The notes beneath the pieces were generated by a model that was not told where the DNA came from, did not search any database, and was given only the letters and a program-made list of their open reading frames with translations. 64,000 nt of DNA from Schmidtea polychroa. Lineage: Eukaryota. The DNA lies in NCBI GenBank assembly GCA_044892525.1, contig CM097888.1, positions 68,386,001-68,450,000 of the forward strand, written 5' to 3'. Positions 25,201-32,839 of the stretch are shown piece by piece (position 1 is the stretch's first letter; the number at the start of each line of letters is the position of its first letter). Both the position numbers and the translations under genes were made by a program.

Positions 25201-28200
25201 TGAAAAAGAATAAGCCAAAATTCTTGGACCGATTTAGAAGCCAATCATCTAACAGCGATAGTGACGACGATGATAACGGGAACGATAAATGTCTTTATCC
25301 AAACAGAAACCCAAACGAAAAACCAATGGAAACGGCACCATATTGGGAAAAGGAAAAGACAAACACCTGGATCGCCAATGGAAGCTATATACCACCGGAT
25401 ATCGTGGGACCACAAACAGCTTTGACCATGACACAAAATATGTATCCGCAATTACCGAGTCAACCCGGTATGCATTATATGCCAACACGACGTACCAAAA
25501 GTGTAGATCAAGCAGAGGACGTAAGAACAATAGCAGCGATGAGTTTACCTGGAGGTCCAGCAGTAACAGTTATGATTCAAATCAATGGTAAAGAAACCAA
25601 TGCTATGATAGACACCGGAGCTAATGTATCAGCGATAGCGATTAATCAAATCCCCAGTAAACACTGGAAGGATATCGAATCAACAACAATTCACATCATA
25701 GCATGTAGTAAAGAAACAGTGGACGTGGTCGGAAGATGGTGGACTACATTGAGATACCAGGACAACGAAATTGAAACGTATTTGGCAGTAATACCAAAAC
25801 TTAGCGTACCATGCATAATCGGAACGGATTTGATGCCAGAATTGTTAAAAGAAATCGTAATTGACTTAACAACCATGTGTTTAAAAGACAAAACCGGTAG
25901 AATATGCAAAATGAATGCAGTCATCAGATGTCCAGAAAAAATAATAGTACCAGCAAAATCACAGATGATTTGTCAGATAAAAGTGGATACGGGTATGGAA
26001 GGAGAAGTTATCTTTGAACCAAGCAAGTCATTTGAAAAGCGACGAGAATTACCACTCGCAAGAGAAATAATCACAATAAACCAAGAAGGAGTGATACCGC
26101 TCAACATCACGAATTTCGAAGAGGAAGACAAAATCATTTATGAGAACGAAAAATTGGGAAGATTGACCCCAATGATGGACATAGAATTACCGAAAGTGAC
26201 CAACGAGATGATCAAAGATGATGAATTATGGACAATAGATAGTATGTTGTTGACGAATGACGAAAAGAAAAAATTGCACCGATTGTTGGTAGAATATAAA
26301 GATATATTCGCCATCTCAGATTTAGACTTGGGTACATGTGATGTTACCTTACATGCAATACCACTCATAGACGAAACCCCAATTGCATTGAGACCATACA
26401 AGCTAGCAGAAATGCAGAAAGAAATAGCCGAAACAGAAGTACAAAAGATGCTAGACGCAAAAGTAATCGAACCAAGTTGCTCACCCTGGCAATTCCCAGT
26501 GGTCATGGTAAAAAAGAAAGATGGCACCCAACGATTCTGTATCGATTATCGGAAGTTAAACGCAGTGACCAAGAGAGATACCTACCCATTGCCGGACATC
26601 AATGAGATGTTATTGATGTTGCAAGGGGCAGCATATTTTACTTCTTTAGATCTAAAAAGTGGATACTGGCAGATTAAAGTCAAAGATGAGGACAAAGAGA
26701 AAACAGCTTTTACGTTGGGACGAGATCTATATCAATTCAGGAAAATGCCATTTGGACTGACTAACGCACCAGCATCATTTCAACGGTGTATGAACTTTGT
26801 CACCCATGGAATCAAACAATGTATGGTATATATTGATGATTTACTAATCTATTCAGCGACATTTGAACAACATCTAGAAGATATCCGAAACGTATTTATT
26901 AGATTAAGACAGTGGAAACTCAAACTCAAACCATCAAAATGCGATTGGGCAAAGGAAAAAGTCACGTTTTTAGGACACATAGTGTCAGCTAAAGGAAAGG
27001 AGCCAGATCCAAGAAACATTGAGAAAATAAAAACATGTCCAGCACCGAAAACTGTCACCCAAGTTCAGGAATTTCTAGGATTATGCGGATACTATCGCAA
27101 ATTTATCAAAAATTATGCAGGAATTGCAAAACCAATCCAGGAATTAGTAAAGAAGGACATTTCGTTCTTATGGGGGAAGGAACAACAAGAGGCGTTTGAA
27201 ACGCTGAGAGACAAACTAATCGAAGCACCTATCCTCGTACACCCAGATTTTAAGAAGCCATTTCTATTGGCAACGGATGCAAGCGGGTACGCGGCAGGCG
27301 CGATTCTGGGACAATTGGACGATGAGGGAAAAGAGAGAGTAATCGGGTATTACAGTCGAACATTCAAAAAGCACGAAAAGAACTATTCGGTAACAGAACG
27401 AGAAGCATTGGCTATAATACAAGCTATCAAACACTTCCGATATTTACTATGGGGACATGAGATATGCATAACCACAGACCATCAACCATTAGTGTGGTTA
27501 GGGCAACATAAAGAAGCGTCCAGTAGACTGATGAGATGGGCCATGCAATTGCAAGAATACTCCCCATTTATAAAATTTAAAGCGGGAAGAGCAAATGCCA
27601 ACGCCGATTGTATGTCAAGATTTATTTTCCCAGATTTGGTGGATTCAGAAATGCAACGCATATGCTTAATAGTAGCGGAAGATTTGGATTTCTGTCAATT
27701 GCGAAAGGACCAACAAGAGGACGCGGAATTAAAACAAATTATCGATTATATAAAAACCGGACAGACAGATGTATATGCGAAAGACCAAAAATTAAAAGAA
27801 CATATGGATAAACACCGACACCGATATATTATAGAGAAAGATTGGTTGCTGATAATGGATGGGGAAAAACGATTAATGTGTATACCGGAAAACCGACGAA
27901 AAGAGTTACTAACGCAATATCACGATGGGAGATTGGGAGGACATATGTCATCAAAAAAGACGTTAGCAAGAATGAAACAGAAATATTTTTGGCCTACGTT
28001 AACGGAAGATGTAACCGAATGGGTAAAAAATTGTCTAACTTGTGCAACCAGGAAGAATACGGGATCGAAATGGAAAGCACCTTTAACGCCAATGCCAGTA
28101 CCAATAGAACCAATGACAATGATATCCATGGACGTAGTTGGTCCACTACCAGAGTCAGATAAAGGAAACGTTTACATTCTGGTGATCACAGACTTTCTTA

Positions 28201-31200
28201 CGAAATTCCCAGAAGCATTCGCGATGCCAGACCAAAAAGCTAAAACAATCGCAAAAATTTTGGTAGAAGAGATATGTTGCCGATATGGAACACCAAAACA
28301 AATCTTAACCGATCAGGGAACAAATTTTATGAGTGAGATAATGAGCGAAGTAACAAATTACTTCAAAATAGCAAAACTAAGAACATCTCCATACCACCCT
28401 CAAACCAATGGGATGACGGAAAGATTTAATGGAACACTTATACAAATGTTATCAAACTACGTTGACCGTCACCAACGAGATTGGGACGAATATATAAACC
28501 TATGTCTTATGGCGTACAGAATGTCGATTCACGCATCAACGAAAATGAGCCCATTCAAATTAATGTACGGAAGAGAATGTAATATGCCAATGGACCTGGA
28601 ATACCAACCACCGATATCGCAGTATATGGAGATCGATGATTATGTTACGAAATTCAAGGAAAGAATGCAAGAAATTTGGGAAACTGCGGGATTAAATATC
28701 AAGTTCTACCAGGAAAGTTATAAAGATTTACACGATCGAAAGAAAAACGTGAAGCAACATACGTTCCAAACAGGTGATTGGGTAATGATAGAAACCCCGG
28801 AATTAATTCCAGGAACCACAAAAAAGTTACAACGCAACGGAAAAGGACCATATGAGATCTTATTCGTAGGCGAAACTAATGTAAGAGTGAAATTGGTAAA
28901 TAACCCCTTTACCAGACCAATATACGTAAACGTGGCACGATGCAAATCAATTCCAAAAACAGCCACTAGTCAACCAGAAGGCCGTACATTAACCACACGT
29001 TCGCAAACCTACCGAATGAACATGATGCAACAACTCGCAGAACCGATCACTGGACGATTAGGTATCCAACCTTCAGAAGCGGAAAAGATTGTAAAAGAGG
29101 TAAAAATTAAAATACCTGGATGGGCAAAAGATCGATTAGATTTCGAAATATTAGGAGGATTATTGACGATGATCGAGAACTATGCAAATAGAGAAAGGAC
29201 ACACCCATTATTGCGAGTAGTCAAAAGCCAATGGCCAATATTATTTACAATAACAGATCATTACGGAGACACACCATTACACAAACTCATGAAAGTAGGT
29301 AACAACGAGCAAATACTAGAAACAATAGAAGCATTTCACGACTGCAAGCGATCAACAGAACAAACAAACAACCAAGGTTACACACCATTAATGATAGCCG
29401 CAAACAGAGGCAAAACAAAAGACATTATAACCGCATTACTCGATACCGGATCGAAAATAACTACACAAGACCACGAGCGGAAAAACGCTCTACATCATGC
29501 TATCAGAGGGAGAAGTACCGAGGCGTTCACGTCATTGATGGAACTACTATCATATGAGGACAATCGGGAAGTCGGAAACATGTATGATGGATTGCTAACA
29601 GCGATCAAAGAAAAACTGACGACAATTACCGGAATATTAATTACATGGAGAAATCCGATTCGAAACGATTATATGATCAACGTAAACGAAGCGTTCACGA
29701 GAGGAGAGAACACGCTGATGAGAGAAGCTATGAAAGGACATCATTTATTCGAAATCCCGAATCAATTACTAGAACGAGGGATAAAATTCACAAATCACAA
29801 AGACGAACAGTTAACAAAAAAGCGAATCGACACATTCGAAAAATCACTATTCCAATTTACTAACCAAGTACGACATAAATATTGGGAAACAGTAAGTGTG
29901 TCATATATGATGGACACGATGAATAACATCCGCGAGAATTACATGGATATTATCCAAATACTTACAGCAGAGGAACGAATCAATAATCCAAACGGAAAGA
30001 AAACGAAAATAAGGTATGAGAAATCCAGGGAATCAAAGTCAACAACGAACCAAACGGTCACAAACAACGTCATCGAAACCAAATCAATGAGTATAGATCA
30101 AGAGGCAATAATACGCAAAGCAAAAGAAGTGTTCTTTGAGGAAATGCTAGAGCTGCCAGACGAAATAATATTGTCCAAAATAATAAAAGCCGTACACACA
30201 TACGCAAGAGATCAAACCACGGGTTTAGATATCGGGAAAATCAAAACCTTCTTGCCTCGAGCATTTACGATGGTAACGAAGGATTCCCGAACACCCCTAC
30301 AACAAGCAATACTAGCTGCAAAAGAGAATAGAGCAATAACGATCATGAGAATCCTTGGGGAGATGGGCGAGGAAACCAACACGAAAAATGAACAAGGTGA
30401 AACCGCCATGATGTATGCAGCTATAACGAAAATACACCCAAAAACACTCCACATCCTACATCAATCAGGATCGAAACTAGACGAAAGGTCCAATGAAGGA
30501 AATTCCACCTTGGACTGGGCAACCATACAGCCAAACTTAGAAATGATCAGATTTATTTGCAAAAATGCGACAGAAGAAGAAGTTGAAAATATGTGCAAAA
30601 ACACATCTCAGTTTCAATGGAATACGGTACGGAAAAATCTAGAAGCAATGAAATTATTATTAACCTGGAGAGTACCACCAAATAATAAATATGCGATAAA
30701 TGTAAACGAATTCTACGAAAACGGAGAAAATGCGATGGTAAAGAATACCCTAACTAAGGGGGGGACGCCTAAAATTATTTTAATAGTATTAAATAGAGAA
30801 GACCTAAAATTCACGCAAAATCAGAACGAGCAACAACGAATTGGGAAACATCGTCGTATGCAATTGAGAGAGTTAGTTAAAGAATGGAATAGAAAGAGAC
30901 ATGCTGCAACGGGTAGAAAAGAGTTTGAATTCGAAGCAAAATTAGCAAGAAACAGAGTGCTAACAGCATATCGCAGATTATTGAACGATATAAATGTCGA
31001 GGACGACATTTTAAATGACAGCGAGGGAGATAAACACGATGACAATAACGGAAAAGACCGAAAGGAGGATAAAGAGAAAAGAGAACCGGAGGAGGGTAAA
31101 CCAGAAAACAAGGATTCGGATACGAAAAGAGAGGGAAACAGCCCGAGAACCAAGACCAAAGAGGAGGAAAAATCGAATAATGGAAAACAGAGGGTATGCC

Positions 31201-32234
31201 TACCTTTCACTAACAAAGAAATAGAGACAAATATGATATTAATGATAATTATGCTTACCATGATAGAGTTAGTAACAGCTCAGGGAGGGACGAGAACGAT
31301 AAAAGAAACCAAAGAAGCGGAGAATCAAGATAGCAAAGAGGATGAACTAAAACAAGAAAAGAGAAAGCAAGCACAAGAGCAGCAGTGGGATTTAAAGGAA
31401 GAATGGGACTTAAAGGAAAAGTGCATACTAGGAAGATGCATGTCTAGAGCGTATCAGAAATTAGTACTGATAAATGAGGACACAGAACCAATAACAGAAG
31501 TAAGAATACAAGAAGCATACCGAAATCGAGACGGGAAGAGAATAACGAACGTCAAAGGAAAAGAGGTACACCTAGGAAAAGGTGGTGAAGTAGTAATAAC
31601 GCAGATCCAACCTAGAAAAGAGCACAAAGTCTGTATTTCAAGATTAGGACCAGGTGAGAGATGCCATCAATATGTGACGCAGCAGCAGCCGCCGAAAGAA
31701 TACACGGTTTGTATCTGGAGGAATGAATCAAAAAGAGAATGCCGACGATACCCGGGGAAAAGAGGAAAGAAAAGAAAAAACCACGACGAAAAGAACGAAG
31801 GAGGAAAGCACAAGAAAACTGGTGAGGAAGCTCAGGACAACTATGTTTCGGAGGAAGAGATGGAAAAAATACAAAAGATGGCAAAGGAGGGTATGAACGA
31901 GGAAATAGCAAGAATACGGGAAATGATGAAAGGAAATGGCAAAAGAGGAAACGAGAAAAGTACAGAAGCGATATCAACATTAACAAACAAGGAAAAACCA
32001 GAGAGTATAAGCGTGAAGCAGATGATGTGGATCAGTGGGATAATAATAACAGGGGCATTCCTAATCATAACGGGGGGAACAATAAAAATAATTAAAGATA
32101 AACGACATCGCGGAGAACTAGAGATGACTCGAATCAGAAATTTCCAACATCGAGTGAAACGACCAAGTGATATCAAACAAGAACAGTGGGTGGAGGCCTG
32201 GAACGCTCAGCGCCCTCCAAACTCACGTATATAG
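18381..32234 (+). CDS. 4,617-aa single-frame polyprotein: Gag-ZnK3-Ubl3-Bcl2-like-Env-PR-RT-RH-IN-ANK-membrane protein
   Basis: Uninterrupted ORF with all catalytic motifs intact: DTG (25611), YIDD (26829), RNase H TDAS, and integrase zinc-binding plus DVVGP/DQG/ERFN. Confidence 0.97.
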   Translation: MTNVVKTDEYKEKFRGEPFNGNANKLASFITNFEVYITVCGWTPEAISKRMPLFLCDSALEVYLEAKERDTKLEKWEDIKTFLKKTFGASKPINQALGELANRKQRANESITLYASELRRLAKKAMNGKLPEENLIGYFIEGLRREEVRASVGCQMCKTLEEAIDWATRCELHLPAQMNIMQEEGRIATAIAKADNGDNNNQEPKMNQFIPGAHQIFKPPQGRSNGNNGNRNNPNNENNFNNRRNMNDNKQCRTCGKPGHWDRDCYRNSNCNRCGRRGHTENVCQLRGCFNCGQPGHISRDCRERGQQQRPPQRNNNYIANPQRQSNPNEGKQMNVMQEISQMKQMMQQMMRPRQESAPQQTQNIRMMRSTENLNNYEVHQHVQEWQRLQAEEERIKQERNQQRQEQPLRINMMKLVKDMKSQYCYNYGKSPRVVPMTEPEKVKEITTEMKTENSTTILKGNQRIQKIFWKKIKDKIEKEHNKAKAETEDENNKSKEQTSQLNHQMLQELESEETTIFERKKLKRVPRMRNLQINMMKRTKDVASSDEEEDYVSSLGGEILQLNEISEPPKGEIKEEEGESEITSESEDEDIEIKLRKGKEEAIKQVAEILPVVVRNQEFIDVIPFRRFVQKVMKLERNEKDLIPNEEKSIIKNYMEKMKQADTTRYVIKIGTSRGLERMWIKNTVTDELFDWIREHLGSSRKKEYLYQYQGEQIKPDMHLVDALIWPGETQILKLHKEKQPANLYDWAKDAKAEYDFNIKLKLEQIKQCTLRRNLDKLIKQIQEQVEDNWDLLITRRAPAMYELMSRLRDTEMLRMSDWRTINLIHKYGRLKETQPQRLEITIWLPNEEKRRIKMSNQSTVDDLVSKINQEITEKVRSESSDGMVDDVVMMYDKIILRAEDDTSLSEMGMWDNHQIIRIVPMDEFRTRDVTYQKEIRDRMKTLYQKSTEIIKIHQQWLKEKELQGKITKLSTRSCRRTPWERVWNAESKEWEIRKGTFVETDIGETESESEEEEEEPPKYEEEAREQTSDDEGETDVTSESENEARHIHAMRKKEREYADMDGEEATEAREREEKERYKQLGDILAMGAKNQRRQVVALANIILKTSEDIHNLRGMAKAIEEYRQYNEWYPEQLEQIIRKWRNQEWAQDTQERYHIRIKYPDKSIEELEVHPTTKIRELKKKLAYETPFHLQLFGKSLDDNADVGITPMRLEETNVLTMAETLGKPLKRKSKIIKPTQGSLSTPSPNKAPSKSNETEEVEEIILEDSDDEPGERSPLLVRWPTGAEMWTNNQPSTSYQQPTKLNIEEIIDNTTETETDEQFQKQREPTKVTPESQTDKIIDEWNEWLRNNDSSLPRTDNERNPNYENTREAGTMMEKRAKGRPKKQGEKSEFKTKEQLKQEQGQVRLEKLDKIVWDLKEAQPTIERGEKWIRELLKDMLIITNPQLRRLWQRKVASTEARQLWHTISGIIPKLIKEKTKTTKTDWDETKRVIEQLTTNANDDEHHLVVITYLMYNLMGLAARKIPNKQFANHVEMTVSIIENTIEPHIIRAGGWKRLIQAPRKNEQERSMQVRLKKLLNELEWELPMKDPASRKASINSLMMTMMIWMLCTSGATGFTIYDCDNMIMRDKYSLRDIEECRQASPNKLDIVRTKVTYHVYQESDFIRTQARECVVSKKVLAYYCGQYSYSTLILPGLDKEIVSIQREDCKELFRTGALKMHNGVTIHGQTGMIKTESVYVSGKVKSSDGSCNGGTYTIRGEVISGVVVIESYTVELKEYEAQFDANNYQMKTNPTCRATENVCRTGVSTIIYEANTQKCRLQLLKSALFNEVKGEIYENENDEDGNDRVRMRNGKPMPPSPREKRLSTQKTPTALITDDPDLGMRFIKEKETTKCDSIVYKTNYAGIYMSRQIIDRAVGKIATEDVKLYLYANNKMDFLFHRGQTTLQKVYYDLIQNDCSLNKEILKTKLAIAITHPDNTMPSLPFPDGHFGRMVGEVMYTYQCTKTYARMPEKSILPEKRCANELEIRYKGQNRFVQPVTRIMNPVGFYPNLFNCSNAYGPLYERPDGKWMMLPGKTISEEPKKFGLIELATELDFKPIDVSNGGMYSPEDLETARLNVLFPARRESILSNMVTITGGTNYQSGPNYELLLSPDHFQQATSNMMKAMWGRFLVFGKMMAGILGIILIIQIVRVILTQMLACFDIYKREKKVNWKMIVGFLPFLAKTMVLHGHSKDIHRIKRLIKILTKIKGTDEEVGRRFRKVMYDEATRRQLKKNKPKFLDRFRSQSSNSDSDDDDNGNDKCLYPNRNPNEKPMETAPYWEKEKTNTWIANGSYIPPDIVGPQTALTMTQNMYPQLPSQPGMHYMPTRRTKSVDQAEDVRTIAAMSLPGGPAVTVMIQINGKETNAMIDTGANVSAIAINQIPSKHWKDIESTTIHIIACSKETVDVVGRWWTTLRYQDNEIETYLAVIPKLSVPCIIGTDLMPELLKEIVIDLTTMCLKDKTGRICKMNAVIRCPEKIIVPAKSQMICQIKVDTGMEGEVIFEPSKSFEKRRELPLAREIITINQEGVIPLNITNFEEEDKIIYENEKLGRLTPMMDIELPKVTNEMIKDDELWTIDSMLLTNDEKKKLHRLLVEYKDIFAISDLDLGTCDVTLHAIPLIDETPIALRPYKLAEMQKEIAETEVQKMLDAKVIEPSCSPWQFPVVMVKKKDGTQRFCIDYRKLNAVTKRDTYPLPDINEMLLMLQGAAYFTSLDLKSGYWQIKVKDEDKEKTAFTLGRDLYQFRKMPFGLTNAPASFQRCMNFVTHGIKQCMVYIDDLLIYSATFEQHLEDIRNVFIRLRQWKLKLKPSKCDWAKEKVTFLGHIVSAKGKEPDPRNIEKIKTCPAPKTVTQVQEFLGLCGYYRKFIKNYAGIAKPIQELVKKDISFLWGKEQQEAFETLRDKLIEAPILVHPDFKKPFLLATDASGYAAGAILGQLDDEGKERVIGYYSRTFKKHEKNYSVTEREALAIIQAIKHFRYLLWGHEICITTDHQPLVWLGQHKEASSRLMRWAMQLQEYSPFIKFKAGRANANADCMSRFIFPDLVDSEMQRICLIVAEDLDFCQLRKDQQEDAELKQIIDYIKTGQTDVYAKDQKLKEHMDKHRHRYIIEKDWLLIMDGEKRLMCIPENRRKELLTQYHDGRLGGHMSSKKTLARMKQKYFWPTLTEDVTEWVKNCLTCATRKNTGSKWKAPLTPMPVPIEPMTMISMDVVGPLPESDKGNVYILVITDFLTKFPEAFAMPDQKAKTIAKILVEEICCRYGTPKQILTDQGTNFMSEIMSEVTNYFKIAKLRTSPYHPQTNGMTERFNGTLIQMLSNYVDRHQRDWDEYINLCLMAYRMSIHASTKMSPFKLMYGRECNMPMDLEYQPPISQYMEIDDYVTKFKERMQEIWETAGLNIKFYQESYKDLHDRKKNVKQHTFQTGDWVMIETPELIPGTTKKLQRNGKGPYEILFVGETNVRVKLVNNPFTRPIYVNVARCKSIPKTATSQPEGRTLTTRSQTYRMNMMQQLAEPITGRLGIQPSEAEKIVKEVKIKIPGWAKDRLDFEILGGLLTMIENYANRERTHPLLRVVKSQWPILFTITDHYGDTPLHKLMKVGNNEQILETIEAFHDCKRSTEQTNNQGYTPLMIAANRGKTKDIITALLDTGSKITTQDHERKNALHHAIRGRSTEAFTSLMELLSYEDNREVGNMYDGLLTAIKEKLTTITGILITWRNPIRNDYMINVNEAFTRGENTLMREAMKGHHLFEIPNQLLERGIKFTNHKDEQLTKKRIDTFEKSLFQFTNQVRHKYWETVSVSYMMDTMNNIRENYMDIIQILTAEERINNPNGKKTKIRYEKSRESKSTTNQTVTNNVIETKSMSIDQEAIIRKAKEVFFEEMLELPDEIILSKIIKAVHTYARDQTTGLDIGKIKTFLPRAFTMVTKDSRTPLQQAILAAKENRAITIMRILGEMGEETNTKNEQGETAMMYAAITKIHPKTLHILHQSGSKLDERSNEGNSTLDWATIQPNLEMIRFICKNATEEEVENMCKNTSQFQWNTVRKNLEAMKLLLTWRVPPNNKYAINVNEFYENGENAMVKNTLTKGGTPKIILIVLNREDLKFTQNQNEQQRIGKHRRMQLRELVKEWNRKRHAATGRKEFEFEAKLARNRVLTAYRRLLNDINVEDDILNDSEGDKHDDNNGKDRKEDKEKREPEEGKPENKDSDTKREGNSPRTKTKEEEKSNNGKQRVCLPFTNKEIETNMILMIIMLTMIELVTAQGGTRTIKETKEAENQDSKEDELKQEKRKQAQEQQWDLKEEWDLKEKCILGRCMSRAYQKLVLINEDTEPITEVRIQEAYRNRDGKRITNVKGKEVHLGKGGEVVITQIQPRKEHKVCISRLGPGERCHQYVTQQQPPKEYTVCIWRNESKRECRRYPGKRGKKRKNHDEKNEGGKHKKTGEEAQDNYVSEEEMEKIQKMAKEGMNEEIARIREMMKGNGKRGNEKSTEAISTLTNKEKPESISVKQMMWISGIIITGAFLIITGGTIKIIKDKRHRGELEMTRIRNFQHRVKRPSDIKQEQWVEAWNAQRPPNSRI
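23181..25080 (+). other. Envelope glycoprotein (chuvirus/Monjiviricetes-like class III fusogen) embedded in the polyprotein
   Basis: Hydrophobic signal LMMTMMIWMLCTSGATG, then FTIYDC...YSLRDIEEC...YQESD...ECVV...YCGQYS. Cysteine-rich ~560-aa ectodomain, furin-type REKR (23964-23975), TM MMAGILGIILIIQIVRVIL from 24912. Confidence 0.72.
25560..28960 (+). other. Pol: aspartic protease, reverse transcriptase, RNase H, integrase (Ty3/Gypsy)
   Basis: AMIDTGA; SPWQFPVVMVKKKDGTQRFCIDYRKLN; LDLKSGYWQI; MPFGLTNAPASFQR; YIDD; LATDASG; TDHQPL; H-x6-H...CLTC; DVVGP; TDQGTNF; ERFN; GKGPYEI (GPY/F). Confidence 0.97.
29256..30760 (+). other. Two ankyrin-repeat blocks fused downstream of integrase
   Basis: GDTPLHKL, GYTPLMIAA, KNALHHAI; then RTPLQQAI, GETAMMYAA, GNSTLDWA. 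Both blocks end in a related motif (LITWRNP..Y.INVNE...GEN vs LLTWRVP..YAINVNE...GEN). Confidence 0.85.
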
Positions 32235-32394
32235 AAAGGAATATGACTGTATATAATTGTAAAAAGTAAGTATATCTTATGTATATAACAGTACTATATC
32301 TTTATATAAGCGCGGTATCAATATTATACAATAACGGGAATCATAAAATAAAATTAAATTTACATAAGAGTTGAAAAGTGTATATAAATTAGGA

Positions 32395-32754
32395 ATGGAT
32401 CAAGGAAATAACGAAATGAACCACAATACAGTAACTGAAGAATTATGGAAGCAACAATGTGCCGTATTAGCACAATTAGTGTCCAATTTGCAAGAACAAG
32501 GACTGACGATGCACAGAAACCTGATCGAGAGTATGAACAGAGGATTTAGTTATTTGAAGATAATTGAAGACCAGAGGTTAAAAATCGAACAAATGCAAAG
32601 AGAGATAGAGAGGATAACCCAATATAGCCGTCGACAGGAAATTGAAATAGACCGAATGAGGGAGGAAGCAGAACAGACAGAAATAGAAGACTGGTCGGAA
32701 TGGCTAATGAATAGAGAGGAGAGCGGGCACGAAGCCGACTCTTCCGAACCCTAA
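32395..32754 (+). CDS. Small coiled-coil accessory protein (~119 aa)
   Basis: First ATG at 32395 within the listed ORF; heptad-rich E/Q/R sequence with the same codon style as the rest of the element. Confidence 0.6.
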   Translation: MDQGNNEMNHNTVTEELWKQQCAVLAQLVSNLQEQGLTMHRNLIESMNRGFSYLKIIEDQRLKIEQMQREIERITQYSRRQEIEIDRMREEAEQTEIEDWSEWLMNREESGHEADSSEP

Positions 32755-32839
32755 ACCAAACCTAGCTTAAAATGTAAATAATTGTAAATAAAATATCGAA
32801 CCTGTATCGATAAGAACTATTTGTACATATAATTATAGA

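Noticed and set aside
25920-26170. dUTPase between protease and RT
   Set aside because: Lacks recognisable dUTPase catalytic motifs; resembles the common beta-rich PR-RT spacer of Gypsy elements.
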